Source: Eledone cirrhosa
Lineage: Eukaryota
Direction: 5' to 3'
NCBI GenBank assembly: GCA_964016885.1
Contig: OZ024747.1
Span: forward strand, 87,234,001-87,298,000
DNA: 64,000 bases
Part shown: positions 13,249 through 28,522 of the stretch, piece by piece
Layout of the letters: each line of letters begins with the position of its first letter
Position numbering within the stretch: position 1 is the stretch's first letter
Position numbers and translations under genes: made by a program
The notes under the pieces: generated by a model
Database searches by the model: none
Told to the model about the DNA's origin: nothing
The model's input: the letters and a program-made list of their open reading frames with translations, nothing else

Positions 13249-14821
13249 TCTCTCTATCTTTCTTTCTTTTCGCTCTCTCTCTCTCCCTCTCTCTCTCTTT
13301 CTCTCTCTCAAGCTTCAGTCTTTAAGGCTTTTGGCTTTTTTTTCTTTTTAGTTTTAGTTAAGAAGTTGCAATTTAATCATTCTTCATCATAGATATTCAT
13401 TTTAAAAGTAATGATTTTTCTTCCAAAAAAAAAAAAAAAAAAAGGGGACATTTTAAAAGAGGCAGAATGAGTGAAATGAAGAAACATTTCAGTAAAGGCT
13501 TAATCTTCCATCTTTCCCCATCTTAAAGTTAATCATGTATTGGTCGAGTGTAATCAACTTAGAAACAACAGTGCCTTTAGTAGATTGGCAACATGCTACA
13601 ATAATTCTTTGAAACGTCAGTCAGACAGATTAGAAGGAGGAGGAGGAGGAGGGGGAGGAGAAGAAGAAGAAGAAGAAGAAGAAGAAGAAGAAGAAGAAAG
13701 CTGTGGAAAGATGAGAAGGGAATGAGAGTTGGAAGACACGAATTTAAATAGGTTTGGTGGCATTGTATCATTAGAAAATTTATTTAAATGACTAACCTTT
13801 CAGTTATTGTTGATGAGAGAAACTCTTCTTACCTTCCTTCTACTCCTCTTCCTCTCACCTGCAATTTCCCTTCCTACGCTCCCCCTATAGTCTCTTTTTT
13901 CTCCACTTCTTCCGTTCTGTTTTCCCCCTGTATTTCCTTCTTTCTCTCCTATACTCCCTTCTTTCTAACAATTATTTTCTAGTTACTATTTCTTAGTTAC
14001 AGTGTCTTCTTATCTTGGGTTAACTGATTATTCACTAACCTTTCCTATTCGTCCTTTTGAAGTGACCGGAACAATGTATGGCGGCGGCAGCGGTGTGATG
14101 TTGTTGATGATGGTGGTGTTTGTAGGCAATGTAGATTAAATATAAATATTTACTAATTTCACTTTTCTCTCACGTACATCTCTGAAAAAAAAAAAAAAGA
14201 AAGACAAATGCCTGTTGAAATTGAGAAAGAAGTGGGATGTTGTCGACGTCGGGGTTAGAAGTGTGGTGATGGTGGTGGTGGTTGTAGCGGCGAAAATGCT
14301 GGAGATGGTAATAGTGGCCTACATGGATGGTAGACTAGGTTGTTCGGTTTAACAGCATCACTTCGACCTTGGGTAACGTTAGGGGACACAATTCTGTTGT
14401 AAATATTCGGGTAAGATCTTCGGTTTAAAGATACCGACCCCTTCCCAACAATCTCGAAGACCCTAAAGAGGGAATGAACGCTGCCTTTCTCTCTCTGACT
14501 AAACAGTAAAATTAGATTCCAACAATGTGGAGCAAGTGACAGTCTTCAGACAAAACAGTTTCGATTTACAATTGTCGCGGTTTAACGTCAGTCACTCTAT
14601 CTCATTTTATCAAAACATTACTCAAGACAGATACTAGAGTATAGATATTTATTACAAAGCTGAGACTGCTTCTTACTATTCAGTAGTTCTCGAATGTATC
14701 TGTGTTTGTCTTTAGTGCCTGGTTTCTCGCTAGAATTTTGAAACAAAAACATTCGGTAGACTTTCATAGCAGTTGTGGAAGTTAAAATATACATATATTA
14801 AAGTTTAATATGTTACGTGTC

Positions 14822-15035
14822 AGATTTACAGTATTGGTAAAGCGTCAGATACCATGCTTCGCAGCATAGAGTTACGGACCTTTACGTTCTGAGTTCACAT
14901 CACGCCGAGGTTAGCTTTGCCTTTCATCATTACAGGGTCGATAAAATAAAGCACCAGTATACACTGGGGTTGATTTAATCGACTTTCCTCTCCCCTTCAA
15001 AGTTCTGGCCTTGGGCCTAAAGTAGAAACAATTAT
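14822..15035 (+). mobile_element. Meta-like SINE, longer 3' variant
   Basis: B-box and GCCTTTCATCATTACAGGGTCGATAAAATAAAG. Confidence 0.75.
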
Positions 15036-16684
15036 TATGCCACGTGTCTTCACACACACACACACACGCGCACATGCAGTGGGTATATTTTTACGAGATC
15101 CCTTGCGCATCTGTGTTTGTTATAAGATGGAAATAAGAGAATATTTGACCAATATTTATTGCAGGTGATGTACTTGAAGCCGGATAACAGCATGTTAGAA
15201 GAAAATGTAAATATTACTTCATAAATCTGAATTTATGAACGAAGTTATATAACTTCAACACCTTGGAAATAAAACATAAAATCAAAAAAAAATAATAATA
15301 ATAAAAAATTGAAAAATTAAAAAGCATTAATATCTACCCACTTCATTTTTATTTACTGATAGTGATGGTGGTTAACTGTGCTGATAGTGAGGGCGACGAT
15401 AGAGGGAATGAATTCCTTTTTTAAATATTATTATATAAGATGTAATTGATATCAACTCTTAGAGTTAAACCAATAATCAACAGTTTGGTTTTGTAAATAC
15501 TGGTAAGTGTTTATATAGCGATAGGGAGAAGGAAGGGATCATGTTAACCAATCACTTTACAGTATTCACTAACCGAAAAACGTTATAAGTTTATAATATT
15601 TAGAAACACTATATTATTATAATTCTAAACAAAATCCTTCCACACTAAACTATTTAATACTGGTGAGATGTGATGAGAATACGTTTCAACTACTTCACTC
15701 TGATTTAAAAGCTTCCATTCTCATGTGTGTAAGTTAACATTTACTGAGAATACATTATTACAAGAAAGGTTTTAGCTATCGTGAGATTTGCAATACTTGT
15801 TTCTTTATTCGTCTTTGCTGTATCGTGGACACGGAATGAATAAATGATAACAAAATATGCTACGTAATCATGTGGTTCCAAGTTCGATTTCACTACATGG
15901 AATGTTATGCAAGTGTCTTTTCTTTTCATAACAGCGAGTCGATGGGATACTTATGAGTGAAATTGGATAGATGGAAACTGTTTGGAATCATACCCATTCA
16001 TCCTTTAGAATTTTTGAGAAAATAGTTTCAAATATGTCATCAATTTTGTCGTATCAGCTCTAGTTTGGGAGATACATTTAAATTAAAAACCCTAGTAATA
16101 ACTTAAAATTTAGACCTACTTTCAAATGAATTTCAATTTCTAATTCCAAAAATGGCATCATATTTGCCTTATCCTCTCTAATTAATTAATTAACTATCTG
16201 GTTATTAATAAAATAACAATATAAATGTTCTTAATATATAACATGTTATTAACACAACCACGTTTATTTCGTCACAAAAGCTACAGGTAAAGATATTGGT
16301 AAAAAAATATACTTCGACTACTTAAGCAGTAAATTCTCCGGATTGAGCAAATAAAAAACATAAAAGAGCGGATGAAGCAAATTCAATTTGAAGGCGTATA
16401 TCAGGATTGGCGGAAAGAACATATCTGGTTGCAGCGATTAATGGCAAGGAAGTAAAGTCTAAACTATGGGAGGCATGTTTTATTATGTTTATAAATGAGA
16501 GAATAATTTATAATCTGCAGTCTTTAGTCTTTACAGCAAAATATGTTTGGGCTACACAGTAAAGGGCTGAAAGCGAAAGAAAGAACTGATAGAATTTCTG
16601 TTTATATATACACATGCACCCCTCCCCCCGCCACACATACACACATATATATATATACATATATATATATGTATATTTAAATTT

Positions 16685-16731
<47 letters not shown>

Positions 16732-16836
16732 TATATCAAGAAAAGAACATCTTTTTCGAGGTTATTGGATTTTTTATTCAAATTTAAAAGGTTTTTTGTT
16801 GGAACTTTCAATGTTTTCAAGTTTTTATAGGTTTTG

Positions 16837-16894
16837 CCATCTGAAGAGCTCAGGCTGTCATAACTGATAGTCCTCAGTGAAATATGTATAACGG
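16837..16894 (+). ncRNA. Type-I hammerhead ribozyme-like motif
   Basis: CCAT-CTGAAGA-long stem II (GCTCAGGCTGTCA/TGATAGTCCTCAGT)-GAAA-TATGTAT-A-ACGG, with AATAAA just downstream. Confidence 0.6.
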
Positions 16895-16925
16895 AGTTTT
16901 AAATAAACCTGACTGATTATGGCCG

Positions 16926-16991
<66 letters not shown>

Positions 16992-19212
16992 TATGGTGTT
17001 CAAAATAAGTATCAATTTCTAAAAGAAGCACCCATGTATTCCTTCTTGGAGAACAATTTAGCAGCATCCAAAATTTTATTGCAGATTCCCCATGTCATCT
17101 CAATTGTGCATGATCCGAAAATGTGAGATGATTTATATGGGAAAACTGTTAGACGAGACCAAATCTGTATTATTCAGTAAGTAGTGAGGCAGTTTTCCTT
17201 CTGAAAGTACAAGTAGTTGCACAATACTTCTCAACGATAGGAAACATAGGAAACCTTACTAGAATTGGTGAAAATGTTGACAATCCTATGTAATGTGGCT
17301 TAAGGATATAAAATATTCCGCTCACTGACATACAAATAATTGTTTCTACTTTTGGCACAAGGCCAGCAATTACCCAGTATGTTACTGGTATAATATCACT
17401 ACATACGAACACATACTATCATGTGTGTGTACACATATGTGCGCGTGCATAAGACTGTTTCCGGGTTTCAGTTCCACCTCATAAAAGTACAAAAATCATC
17501 GAAGAACATACTTTTCTGAAAGTGTTTCAAGCTATCATTTCAAAAAAATTTGTCTCGAAGGTGGATGATACTCAGTTTTCTCTAGAAGCTATCAAGTATA
17601 AAATAGATCCTCTGTTAATTTAGTTGATGAATACTCCAGCTGTTCGATCAAAGGAAATATTCAATTTAGTATAAGTGTATTCTGTATGTATTATACTCTT
17701 AATGTAATACTCAGGCAGAATCAGTACGACTATACATGGCTTTATTGCTCTGGAATCCCACATGGTCATGGTTGCTGCTTTCCTTCTTTTGATTTAACTA
17801 TCAAATCATTAAACGGAAAAAAAAAAAATAATAATACATGAGGGCATCTAGAAAAAATGAGCAAAATTCAGTCCAGTCACATCCTAGCTGCTTGAGAAAA
17901 GGAACGATGCAGTCGACAGTGTAGTCATAATTATAGAGAAAGACTGGAATATATTTGAACATAAGTTTGCACCATCATGGCAAAATTGTGGTTGAATATC
18001 AACAAGAACAACTTATAGGTTTCCCTATCTGCCCGTCGTGTTATAAATAAAAGAATAACTTCATGTCTAGGTAAATATTTTGGTTAAAAATACAAAAAGA
18101 ATGAGGTTGATGAATGTTGGGATGTAATCATTTTGATCGACACTATCTCAGGCGGCTTTCATTATTATACAAATGGGAATCGTCTGCTTTATTCAATATT
18201 TGTTGCCACTGACTATAGGATGTTAATGACCTTATTTACCTTACATCAAAACTGATACCAAGAAACAGATATTAAGGGATTTCTGTTTATCTTGAAGAGA
18301 TAAGCTATGAACGATTTCAGTCAAACCTCACTACACCCGCACCACATCGGCAACATAGATCGCAGCTACCCTGATCTGCTGATAAAATAGTAACAGTTCG
18401 TCCGAGTGATGATGTTAAGTTAGAAAAAAGAAGCGTGGTGCTGGGCAAAACAGTTAGACAGGAATAACGATGTACCCATCAAGAAGTGACTCCGTGCTGT
18501 TTTATTCTTTTTATACGAGTGTTTGAGAGAGTTTTTTTTAGGGGGGGGGGGTCTCTTTTTATATGGGATTTACAAAAAAGGAATGGAAAATATAAATAAC
18601 TGAGATAAGGCGGTAAACTGGACAGCGTTCAAGGAACTCACTCACTATAGATACATATATGTGGTGTCTGCTGTTAATTAAGTGGAGAAATGTTGGTGAA
18701 TTTTTTCTTTTTACAACATTGCTACGGTATATATTTTAAAAAACCGCTCTACTGGGTTTCAACAAAGTCAAATTATCACAAAAGATACATTCTTTCAGGT
18801 ACAGAGTCATCTACTGGCAATTGTGGGGTGGGGGGACCCCACTGGTGGTAGGGGTACCCCGCTGGTAATCTGCGGCGCACTGTCATTCATGGGGGGGGGG
18901 CTCATTTGCATTTGAATGCCAGGGGCAAATGTCCTTCTGTCCTCCTTTAAACCCGGCGTAGCCACTACTACTGTCTTAAATTACTCCTAAAGACTTGGAT
19001 AAACCATGGCTATAAAGGCTCTTTCCTGTGTTTTCATATACACACATATCATTTTATATACTCAGTTTCTTACAACATAATTATGATGTTTCAGCAAACC
19101 GAGCTGGCTGCTCGCCAAGCTTTTGCAAAGAAGTGCTGTGGTGTTATCCGCTTCTCTCTTGGACTACCAAGATCACTAGATATTAAAACACATACATATA
19201 TATATATATACA

Positions 19213-19269
<57 letters not shown>

Positions 19270-19274
19270 TACAC

Positions 19275-19305
<31 letters not shown>

Positions 19306-19755
19306 CATACATACATGCATACATGCATACATGCATACATGCATACATACATACATACATACATACATACATACATACACTAGGGGATGCATGTTTAACC
19401 AAGAATATTTTTGGATATTCAATGCCGAGAAGTATGGCAGCCTTATCAGGCGAGTTCAAGACAAACATAGGAAATAATTTTGTTATTTACCAGCATTGAT
19501 AATGTCTTCTAATCTGAAATTCACAGTACACACTAGCTCGTCCATTTTCTTTTTACCGCCTACTTTCTTCCTTCTTCGTTCCAACCTATCTTCCCTTCCC
19601 CGTAGACAGGTAGGCAGGGATATCACAGTTCCTGCTAAATTTTAGTTCATATTTTATATATTTAGAAAGAGATCTTGATAATACAGAACAAGATAAGAAT
19701 ATATATATATATGTGCATATATATATATATATGTCTGTATATATATATATATATG

Positions 19756-19836
<81 letters not shown>

Positions 19837-19846
19837 TATATTATAT

Positions 19847-19967
<121 letters not shown>

Positions 19968-20064
19968 TTCATCTTGTTTCTTTTATGTTATGAAGATCTC
20001 AAAGATTTATAAATATATTTTATATCTATATAAGTTAGTCCGTACATGCATTTACACAGACGCA

Positions 20065-20181
<117 letters not shown>

Positions 20182-20730
20182 GGTAGGGTGTAATCAGGTG
20201 TGGTTGTGTTGTTAAGAAGTTCGCTTCACAATCAAAGGTCCTGGGGTCTAACTCACTGTAGTGCGTCCTGTGAGTGACAATGGGGAGAAGAAAACTTTGT
20301 GGGAGCCTTTTGAATAAATTACACCTATAATTTAATGGCCATATTTGGGGGCATGCATATGTCACGCCGATTCGGGTTTTGGAATTTACGTCAAGAGTAC
20401 ATCTTAATCCATTGACCGAACAAGTGAATGTTCGCTGCCAAAACCGCCAAAGAATCCATCATCATCATCATATATATATAAATGCATATATGTAGCGTAG
20501 TTATAGTGTATACACAGACGTACACACAATTGTACTCACACAATTATATAGTCATATAAACGGATATGTGGATATGTGGGGATATATGTTTTTGCATGTG
20601 TGTATGCTTATGTGTATGCGTATGTATCTCTACAATATATGCATGCATATACTATGCACATTTCTTACTAACTCTCTCGTTCTCTTTATATATCTATATA
20701 TATATATATATATATATATATTTAGACGCA

Positions 20731-20854
<124 letters not shown>

Positions 20855-20950
20855 TGCGTCTAAATTTTGAAAGATAGGTAGATAGACAGATTGATTCACA
20901 CGTACATACATATATACACACACATGTATATATATATGTATATATATATA

Positions 20951-20998
<48 letters not shown>

Positions 20999-21192
20999 TC
21001 ACCTAGACATTGGCGTATCTAGAAAGCGATTAATGAACGTAGATGATATAGATGTACGTAAAGAGATAAGCAGATAAAGACGGCAACATATTTATTTTCA
21101 TGTGTGAATATCTGGATAAGTATATGTATGTCTCTGAAATTGATGTGTACAGAGACATGATGAATGATTACAAACGTCTATATATTTGTATT

Positions 21193-21250
<58 letters not shown>

Positions 21251-21330
21251 CTATCCGGGAGCTTCCAACAGTAATGGTTGCATTCTTTAAGGGTATGTCA
21301 ATATTTATTTATAAAACTGCTCTATATTAT

Positions 21331-21393
21331 ATTTTATCTGATGAAAGCACACCATAATTTAACTTGGTGTCCTTGAAATATGTATAATGAAAT
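21331..21393 (+). ncRNA. Type-I hammerhead ribozyme-like motif
   Basis: Stem I ATTTTAT/ATGAAAT (7 bp); CTGATGA; stem II AAGCACACCA/TGGTGTCCTT; GAAA; stem III ATA-TG-TAT; AUA site at 21386; AATAAA. Confidence 0.7.
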
Positions 21394-21543
21394 AAATATG
21401 GTTTTATAAATATAGTTTCCATTTGTTAATATCGTATTTTTACTCCAATTATTTGTTGAGTGCTTTATATCAGTTATAAAAATATTTGCTTGTTGTATCC
21501 CAACAATTTAAATAGAACTTCTATATATATATACATACATACA

Positions 21544-21631
<88 letters not shown>

Positions 21632-21637
21632 CATACA

Positions 21638-21768
<131 letters not shown>

Positions 21769-21769
21769 T

Positions 21770-22050
21770 GAGAGTTGGATTCACAATCGTGAGGTTGTGA
21801 GATATATTCCCGAATCGAGTGATGAAAGACACTTCATTTCATGTTGCTCTAGTTTCTTCAGCTGCAGAAATGAGTTGAGATGGTGCCAACCTCTATTGAC
21901 CTTTGCCATTCTCTTGGATAACATCGGTGGCGTGGGGGGAGGGTTGATTGGTACGCATGAGCTACTGCTGGTCTTCCATTAAATGCAACATTCCCTGGCT
22001 TGTGCTTCAGAGGGAACTTTCTAGATAAAAACCCCTGGTCATTCGTAACT
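21770..22050 (+). mobile_element. Degenerate CORE-like tRNA SINE
   Basis: Head resembles 28805-28900. Confidence 0.5.
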
Positions 22051-22159
22051 GAAGGAGGTTTTACTCTTTATACATATACATATTATATATATACATATTA
22101 TATATACACATACTGTATACACACACATATATATATATATGGATATATTTATATATAGA

Positions 22160-22631
<472 letters not shown>

Positions 22632-22949
22632 GCGAAGCACAGTTAGTAGTTATCGTTAGAAGAAATAACTCGAATAACTATTTTACTTTTGATACAATAT
22701 TTACTCCACTTCAGTCAAAGAGACAACAAATAAGTTACCACGAGTTGCAAAGGTTGACGATGTTATTTTGTTGTTGATGTGAAAACAGCGAACGACCAGA
22801 TAATGTTTGTTGGTGGTTGCACTCCGTGGTAGTAGTTCTCGTCGTCATTGAATTCTCTCTCTCTCTTCCACCGGCTATTTATATCCCCAGCTCACCTTTT
22901 AAACACAGTAGATCTTACCACTCACTTCCTACAGAAATCCAAACGAGAA

Positions 22950-23690
22950 AGTTTTATACATAATCAAAGATTCCAACTATCCCCAATATAATTAAGAAAC
23001 CTGTAGACGACGTATGTGTAAACGTTTCCAATCCCATCATCAGACAGAATTTCATTGTGGCCGGGCTTATCTAATGGAAACACAAACAGGAAGTAGCTTT
23101 AGCGAGAAACAAGTATAGACATAACATTGACCCATAACAGCAGAACAACAAAAAAGAAAGTAAATGGTACAATCCATCATTTAACATGAATGTAATCATC
23201 AACATAGCACAGTACGTCTTTTCCACGTTAGATCCTATTTCACAAATACATATAAAAATGATAAACTTTTAAACAGAAATAAAATCATTTGCTCTTGTCT
23301 TAACACTCTTGGTTCCCAGATGAAACCATAATCTGGGATAATTCTTTCTTGCTCCAACAACAATGTAACTACAAAATTCCCTCAACTGCTCACTTTGAGG
23401 GACATTCCTTTCTAAGGTAGTGAAATATAGAGCAAGCATATCACTTGCTAATCACACCAGATAGGACTAAAGAGATTCATTAGAAAAACCGCACATATTT
23501 GGTAAAAAATACACGTGGATATCTTTACTGTAATGATTATTGCAATTGGGGAATATAATATGTACCCCACCTGGTAAAGAACGCAGTAAATCACTGCAAC
23601 TAAAAGCGGAAATATTCATCTATAAATATTAAATAACATTCCTCTCTCCGACGAAGTACTTTTGCTTGAAACCTCAGTATTTGTATTTTT
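22950..23690 (+). pseudogene. Highly decayed Penelope-like element, 3' ORF region plus terminal repeat
   Basis: KWYNPSFNMNVIINIAQ...KLLNRNKI...CNYK...KYRASI resembles the PLE WYNPPF..TNIG..NRNTIK..CNC..IYKA linker. Confidence 0.55.
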
Positions 23691-23818
23691 CTGCACATAA
23701 GTCTGCCAGAGTTCCTATGAACAAATATACAGACAAAGAGGTTTCAAGCAAAAGCACTTCCTCGGACAGGAATATTATTTAATGTTTATAGGGGAATATT
23801 ACCGATTTTAATTGCAAA
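23595..23818. repeat. Diverged inverted repeat (~95-bp arms) with a degenerate hammerhead-like core in each arm
   Basis: CCGACGAAGTACTTTTGCTTGAAACCTC versus the reverse complement of GAGGTTTCAAGCAAAAGCACTTCCTCGG. Confidence 0.65.
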
Positions 23819-23819
23819 T

Positions 23820-23931
<112 letters not shown>

Positions 23932-24494
23932 GTGTATTGAGTTCAAAACTCAAGCATTCCTTTACAATGAAATAGCTCAAAGAAAAAAATATTTCTGAGC
24001 CGTGTAATACAAGTAAATATAAATTAATATATATGATGAAACACAAATATACATATATATATATTTATGTATTATAAAAATTATAATATATAAATTATAA
24101 TATATATTGTGATATTTTGGTAATATTTATGCCAATGTAAAATGACTTGACCTCCGTGTATTTGTTACAATGGTATAGATATTTTTTCAACACAATTTTT
24201 TCAACACAATTTAGTTCTATATGATTTTTTCTTACCCTGTGTAAAACTTTATACTATTTGTTAACCTTCAATTATATGTATGATGTAATTTTGTATATCT
24301 TTTGATGCCAATATATTATAATATTGTTATTATAATGTTATTATAATGTTTCTATATTGTTTATGCATACTGACAGGGAATTATATATTATATTTTATTT
24401 TTATTTTTATCTTTATTATATTATACTGTAAACAATATATATATATATATATTTAAATACTTAATAAGTGTTAGTTTGTATTTGTACTAATGTG

Positions 24495-24556
<62 letters not shown>

Positions 24557-24853
24557 CATTAAGCTTTTTATTATCACCATCTATTATATTATATTATATT
24601 CTATATCGTACTGTAATTCTCGCATTATATTACCATTTGTGTTTCAAGTTTTTGCATTATACAATATTTACAATGTGGGTTCAACATGTTAATCACTTCC
24701 ATGCTATTTGGTCTATATCTATGTTTGTAACTGCTCACTCTTAATCTGAGCCAACTTTTCCTTGATATCTTTCCTAAGCTTTAATAGATGTATACTCCAT
24801 ATTCTTCTGAGTTCTTGGGTTGTATTGGCCGATAGTGCTTCTTGTAGCTTTAC

Positions 24854-24895
24854 TTGCCCTGATGAGTCCTTAATAGGACGAAACATTGTTGGCTA
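24854..24895 (+). ncRNA. Minimal type-I hammerhead ribozyme
   Basis: GCC-CTGATGA-GTCC-TTAATA-GGAC-GAAAC-ATT-GTT-GGC then TAATAAA; canonical core with a G10.1-C11.1 pair. Confidence 0.8.
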
Positions 24896-25072
24896 ATAAA
24901 GACTTTTGATGTATTGAAGGCTTCTTTGGTTTATTTTTTATAATTCTTCGGCTCTGTTTAATTACATTGAGCTATATCTTATACTGTCATTTCTATAATA
25001 TGAAGAGGGTGTTTAACTCCAACACACTCTAGTATTTTAATTCTTATATATTTATGTATGTATGTATATATG

Positions 25073-25110
<38 letters not shown>

Positions 25111-25111
<1 letters not shown>

Positions 25112-25194
25112 CACTCGTTCAGCGCATCGGTAGGGGTTCTCCTACATGGATATAAAGTAGTGGCCGTACTCGAAAACGAGTTGGCAGCCACCAT
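25111..25194 (+). mobile_element. 3' fragment of the 610-bp element
   Basis: Reverse complement of 893-976. Confidence 0.75.
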
Positions 25195-25213
25195 ATATGT
25201 ATATATGTATGTA

Positions 25214-25288
<75 letters not shown>

Positions 25289-25356
25289 ATATGTATTATG
25301 TATGTATATGTATGTATGTATATGTATGTATGTATGTATATATATATGTAATATAT

Positions 25357-25442
<86 letters not shown>

Positions 25443-25467
25443 ATATGTATATATATATGTATATATG

Positions 25468-25543
<76 letters not shown>

Positions 25544-25645
25544 TATATCTATGTATATATATGTGTGTATATATGTATGTATGTATATATATATATATAT
25601 GTATATATGGATATATGTATGTATGTATGTATATATGTATGTATA

Positions 25646-26069
25646 GAACTCTTAAGAGTCAATGGCCATCCAAAATCACCGGGAGAGATGACCCCTTAGC
25701 CTTTGTCAAGGCAGAATTCTAGGAGAAGGAAAACTCTGATATAACACCTGCAACTCTGATGGTATCCAATGATGTTGACTTGTTCTTCTTTTTGGTAAAT
25801 ATCATCTTGGTTAAGAGAGTGGGATTGGCTTTTTGCAGTGCCTTTGCTCACTATAATAGCTTCACGGCACAGGCATTGCTTTATATCTGGAGATCTCTCT
25901 GCACTTGTCATCACATGGTACCATGGGCCCAGCACTATGTGTCAATAATTGTCACAGGTGTAGTGTTTGGCTGGACTAAAAAGTCACACTCGTTCAGCGC
26001 ATCGGTAGGGGTTCTCCTACATGGATATAAAGTAGTGGCCGTACTCGAAAACGAGTTGGCAGCCACCAT
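25646..26069 (+). mobile_element. 5'-truncated copy 3 of the 610-bp element
   Basis: Reverse complement of 893-1337 with a small internal deletion. Confidence 0.8.
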
Positions 26070-26496
26070 GTATATATATTGATTAATACATAAAATTATT
26101 AATTGTATTGTCTGACAAATGCCAAGATCAACCGGAGTGCTAAAAATTGCCACTATTTGAAACTTAAACCAACTATACTAATTCAAAAAGAAAAAACATA
26201 TATTTAGGAATAATACAATAATACAATAATCCAATAGTAAGAATTGCTCTAGTCGAAATGTATCCAAATGCTATATATAACTTTGATAAATTGATAGGTT
26301 TCGGTGAGTATTGGCCAACGCCATATCTAACTTAATAGCACCACCTGGTGAAGTCTTTCAAATCAGGATTTGGTCACATTGGCCCGTTCAAGTAGAGAGT
26401 TATTATTTACAGAGACATATCCGGGTGTAGGAGGTTTATCCGATATTCCTTGAAGGAATTTGTCCAAAGACAAATATATATATAATATATATATAT

Positions 26497-26860
26497 ATAA
26501 TATGGAAAACGAAGAATCAGTGATGCATCGGAACACAATTTATTACGTATTACTATTGTTTCTCCGGCGAACAGCTCGAGGTGCGATCTGTTTGTGGATC
26601 GAACCTGACTCTGGATTCGCGAGTTCCTCAGATACGTCTAGTGATTTCGAAGCAAATCCTCTTTGCTTCGAATCCAGAGTCAGGTTCGATCCACAAACAG
26701 ATCGCACCTCGAGCTGTTCGCCGGAGAAACAACTGTAATACGTAATAAATTGTGTTCCGATGCATCACTGATTCTTCGTTTTCCATATTATCATTCTCTG
26801 CTCCGAAGAAGCATAGAGTGCTCAACCGGCATAACGCCTATGGACGCATCCAAGCAACCT
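26497..26860. mobile_element. Penelope-type repeat family A: foldback (arms 26497-26619 and 26669-26791) plus a unique 3' tail into (TA)n
   Basis: Near-perfect ~120-bp inverted arms; the tail matches the reverse complement of 33815-33890. Confidence 0.8.
26545..26637 (-). ncRNA. Hammerhead-like motif with a ~60-nt extended stem II
   Basis: Minus strand reads ACGTAT-CTGAGGA-[~60 nt]-GAAAC-AATA-GTA-ATACGT-AATAAA; perfect 6-bp stem I. Confidence 0.65.
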
Positions 26861-26863
26861 TAC

Positions 26864-26935
<72 letters not shown>

Positions 26936-27164
26936 TGTAATGACATAAGTAGAACGGAAAATTAGTGAATGAACTTACATAAAGACGGTAAAATCACGAT
27001 TCCTAATTTCCATACAGCTGTTTTAGATTCTAAGAAAAACACCATTAAGACAAACCAACCCATCATCAGTATTCTTATATTCTCTTATACTCTTGTTCAT
27101 TAAAGATAAGCTAGCTATTGTACAGAGGAAAGTCTTCTACAACGACTTCATCAAATAAACACAG

Positions 27165-27925
27165 ATTAGAGTACACACAATTAGTTAGTGAGTATGATGG
27201 CAGTGTTTTGGTAATGATACTTCCATATCTAACGCCTGGACAGATGAAGTTTCTATACAACATTCTGTTTATAACAGTTATTAAAATGTTATGTGCAGAG
27301 AATTGCGTAATATCAGTAGATGTTATGTAAGCTGGGCTATTGCACGTCATCAGCAAGGGCCTAAACTCAACATTTTGCTTTTTAGAGTGAACACAACGAC
27401 GCAGAATGCTAGTTTGCCGAATTTAGCAGTTCATTACTGTCTTGACACGTGACCTCAAAGAAAAGGAAGGGAAAAAATGGATTGGTGGGTAGAATTCAAA
27501 AACTGGAATTCCCGCCAAGAAAAAAAACAGTTTCATCGATGTATATACAATGGATGATTTGCAATATAAAATCGAACAATCAACATTCAATATATAATCA
27601 ATATATAAAAAATAGAAATGTCCAAAGTTTACACAGGAGGCAATTCAATCATGTAAATAATACACAGTATACGAGAATCACCGAATTTATTTCAGCGATT
27701 TCCGTCCATGACCCACTCACTCAATGAGATGATAAGCTTGCTGTTAAGAAACTGCATCCATCTTAACATACAGAGTCCACACAATAGTTAATTAGTGAAT
27801 ACGATGGCAGTTGTTTTGGTAATGATACTTCCTTATCTAACTCCTGGACGGATCTTGTTTCTATGCAACACTCTTAACAGTTATTAAAAGTGTTATATGA
27901 AGAGAATTGCGTAATATCAGTAGAT
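27165..27925. repeat. ~155-bp diverged direct duplication (27165-27322 and 27770-27924)
   Basis: Shared GATGGCAGT..GTTTTGGTAATGATACTTCC...GAGAATTGCGTAATATCAGTAGAT. Confidence 0.8.
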
Positions 27926-28522
27926 ATACACATATACATACATGCTCATACATACACAGATGCAGATATATATCATACACATACACACACATACGTATAT
28001 GCATCCACAACACACACACACACGTACACACAAACTTATAAGCACCCGTAAACATATATATATTTTTATAGTTATGTATGTGTATATGTGTGTGTATTTG
28101 TAATGAAATATAATGTTGGCTAAAACCAAAGTACATTAGATAAAAAAATTCATATTATGTACAATAAGGTACATAATATGAATTTTTATACATACTTAAA
28201 TAAATATACATACTTAAATAAATATTATCCAGATGTTTCTATCACTCGCAGCAGTGAAATAGTTACAACCCAGAATGTATAGAGCCAGATCAGGTACTGC
28301 TAAGCATTCCCTGTAAAACTGTTTAAATATTCCGGGAGCAGGGAGCCGGAACAAATACCGAGGCATTTAATTCAAAGTTTTAACGACTTCGTCAATTCGT
28401 TGCCTAATAGTTTGAGGTTAACATTAAACATAATTTAAAATCAACATTCAGAAATAAGTCCTACAAACACAGGCATGTGTCCGGAGAAAATATATTAAAC
28501 TTAAACATATATATATATATAT

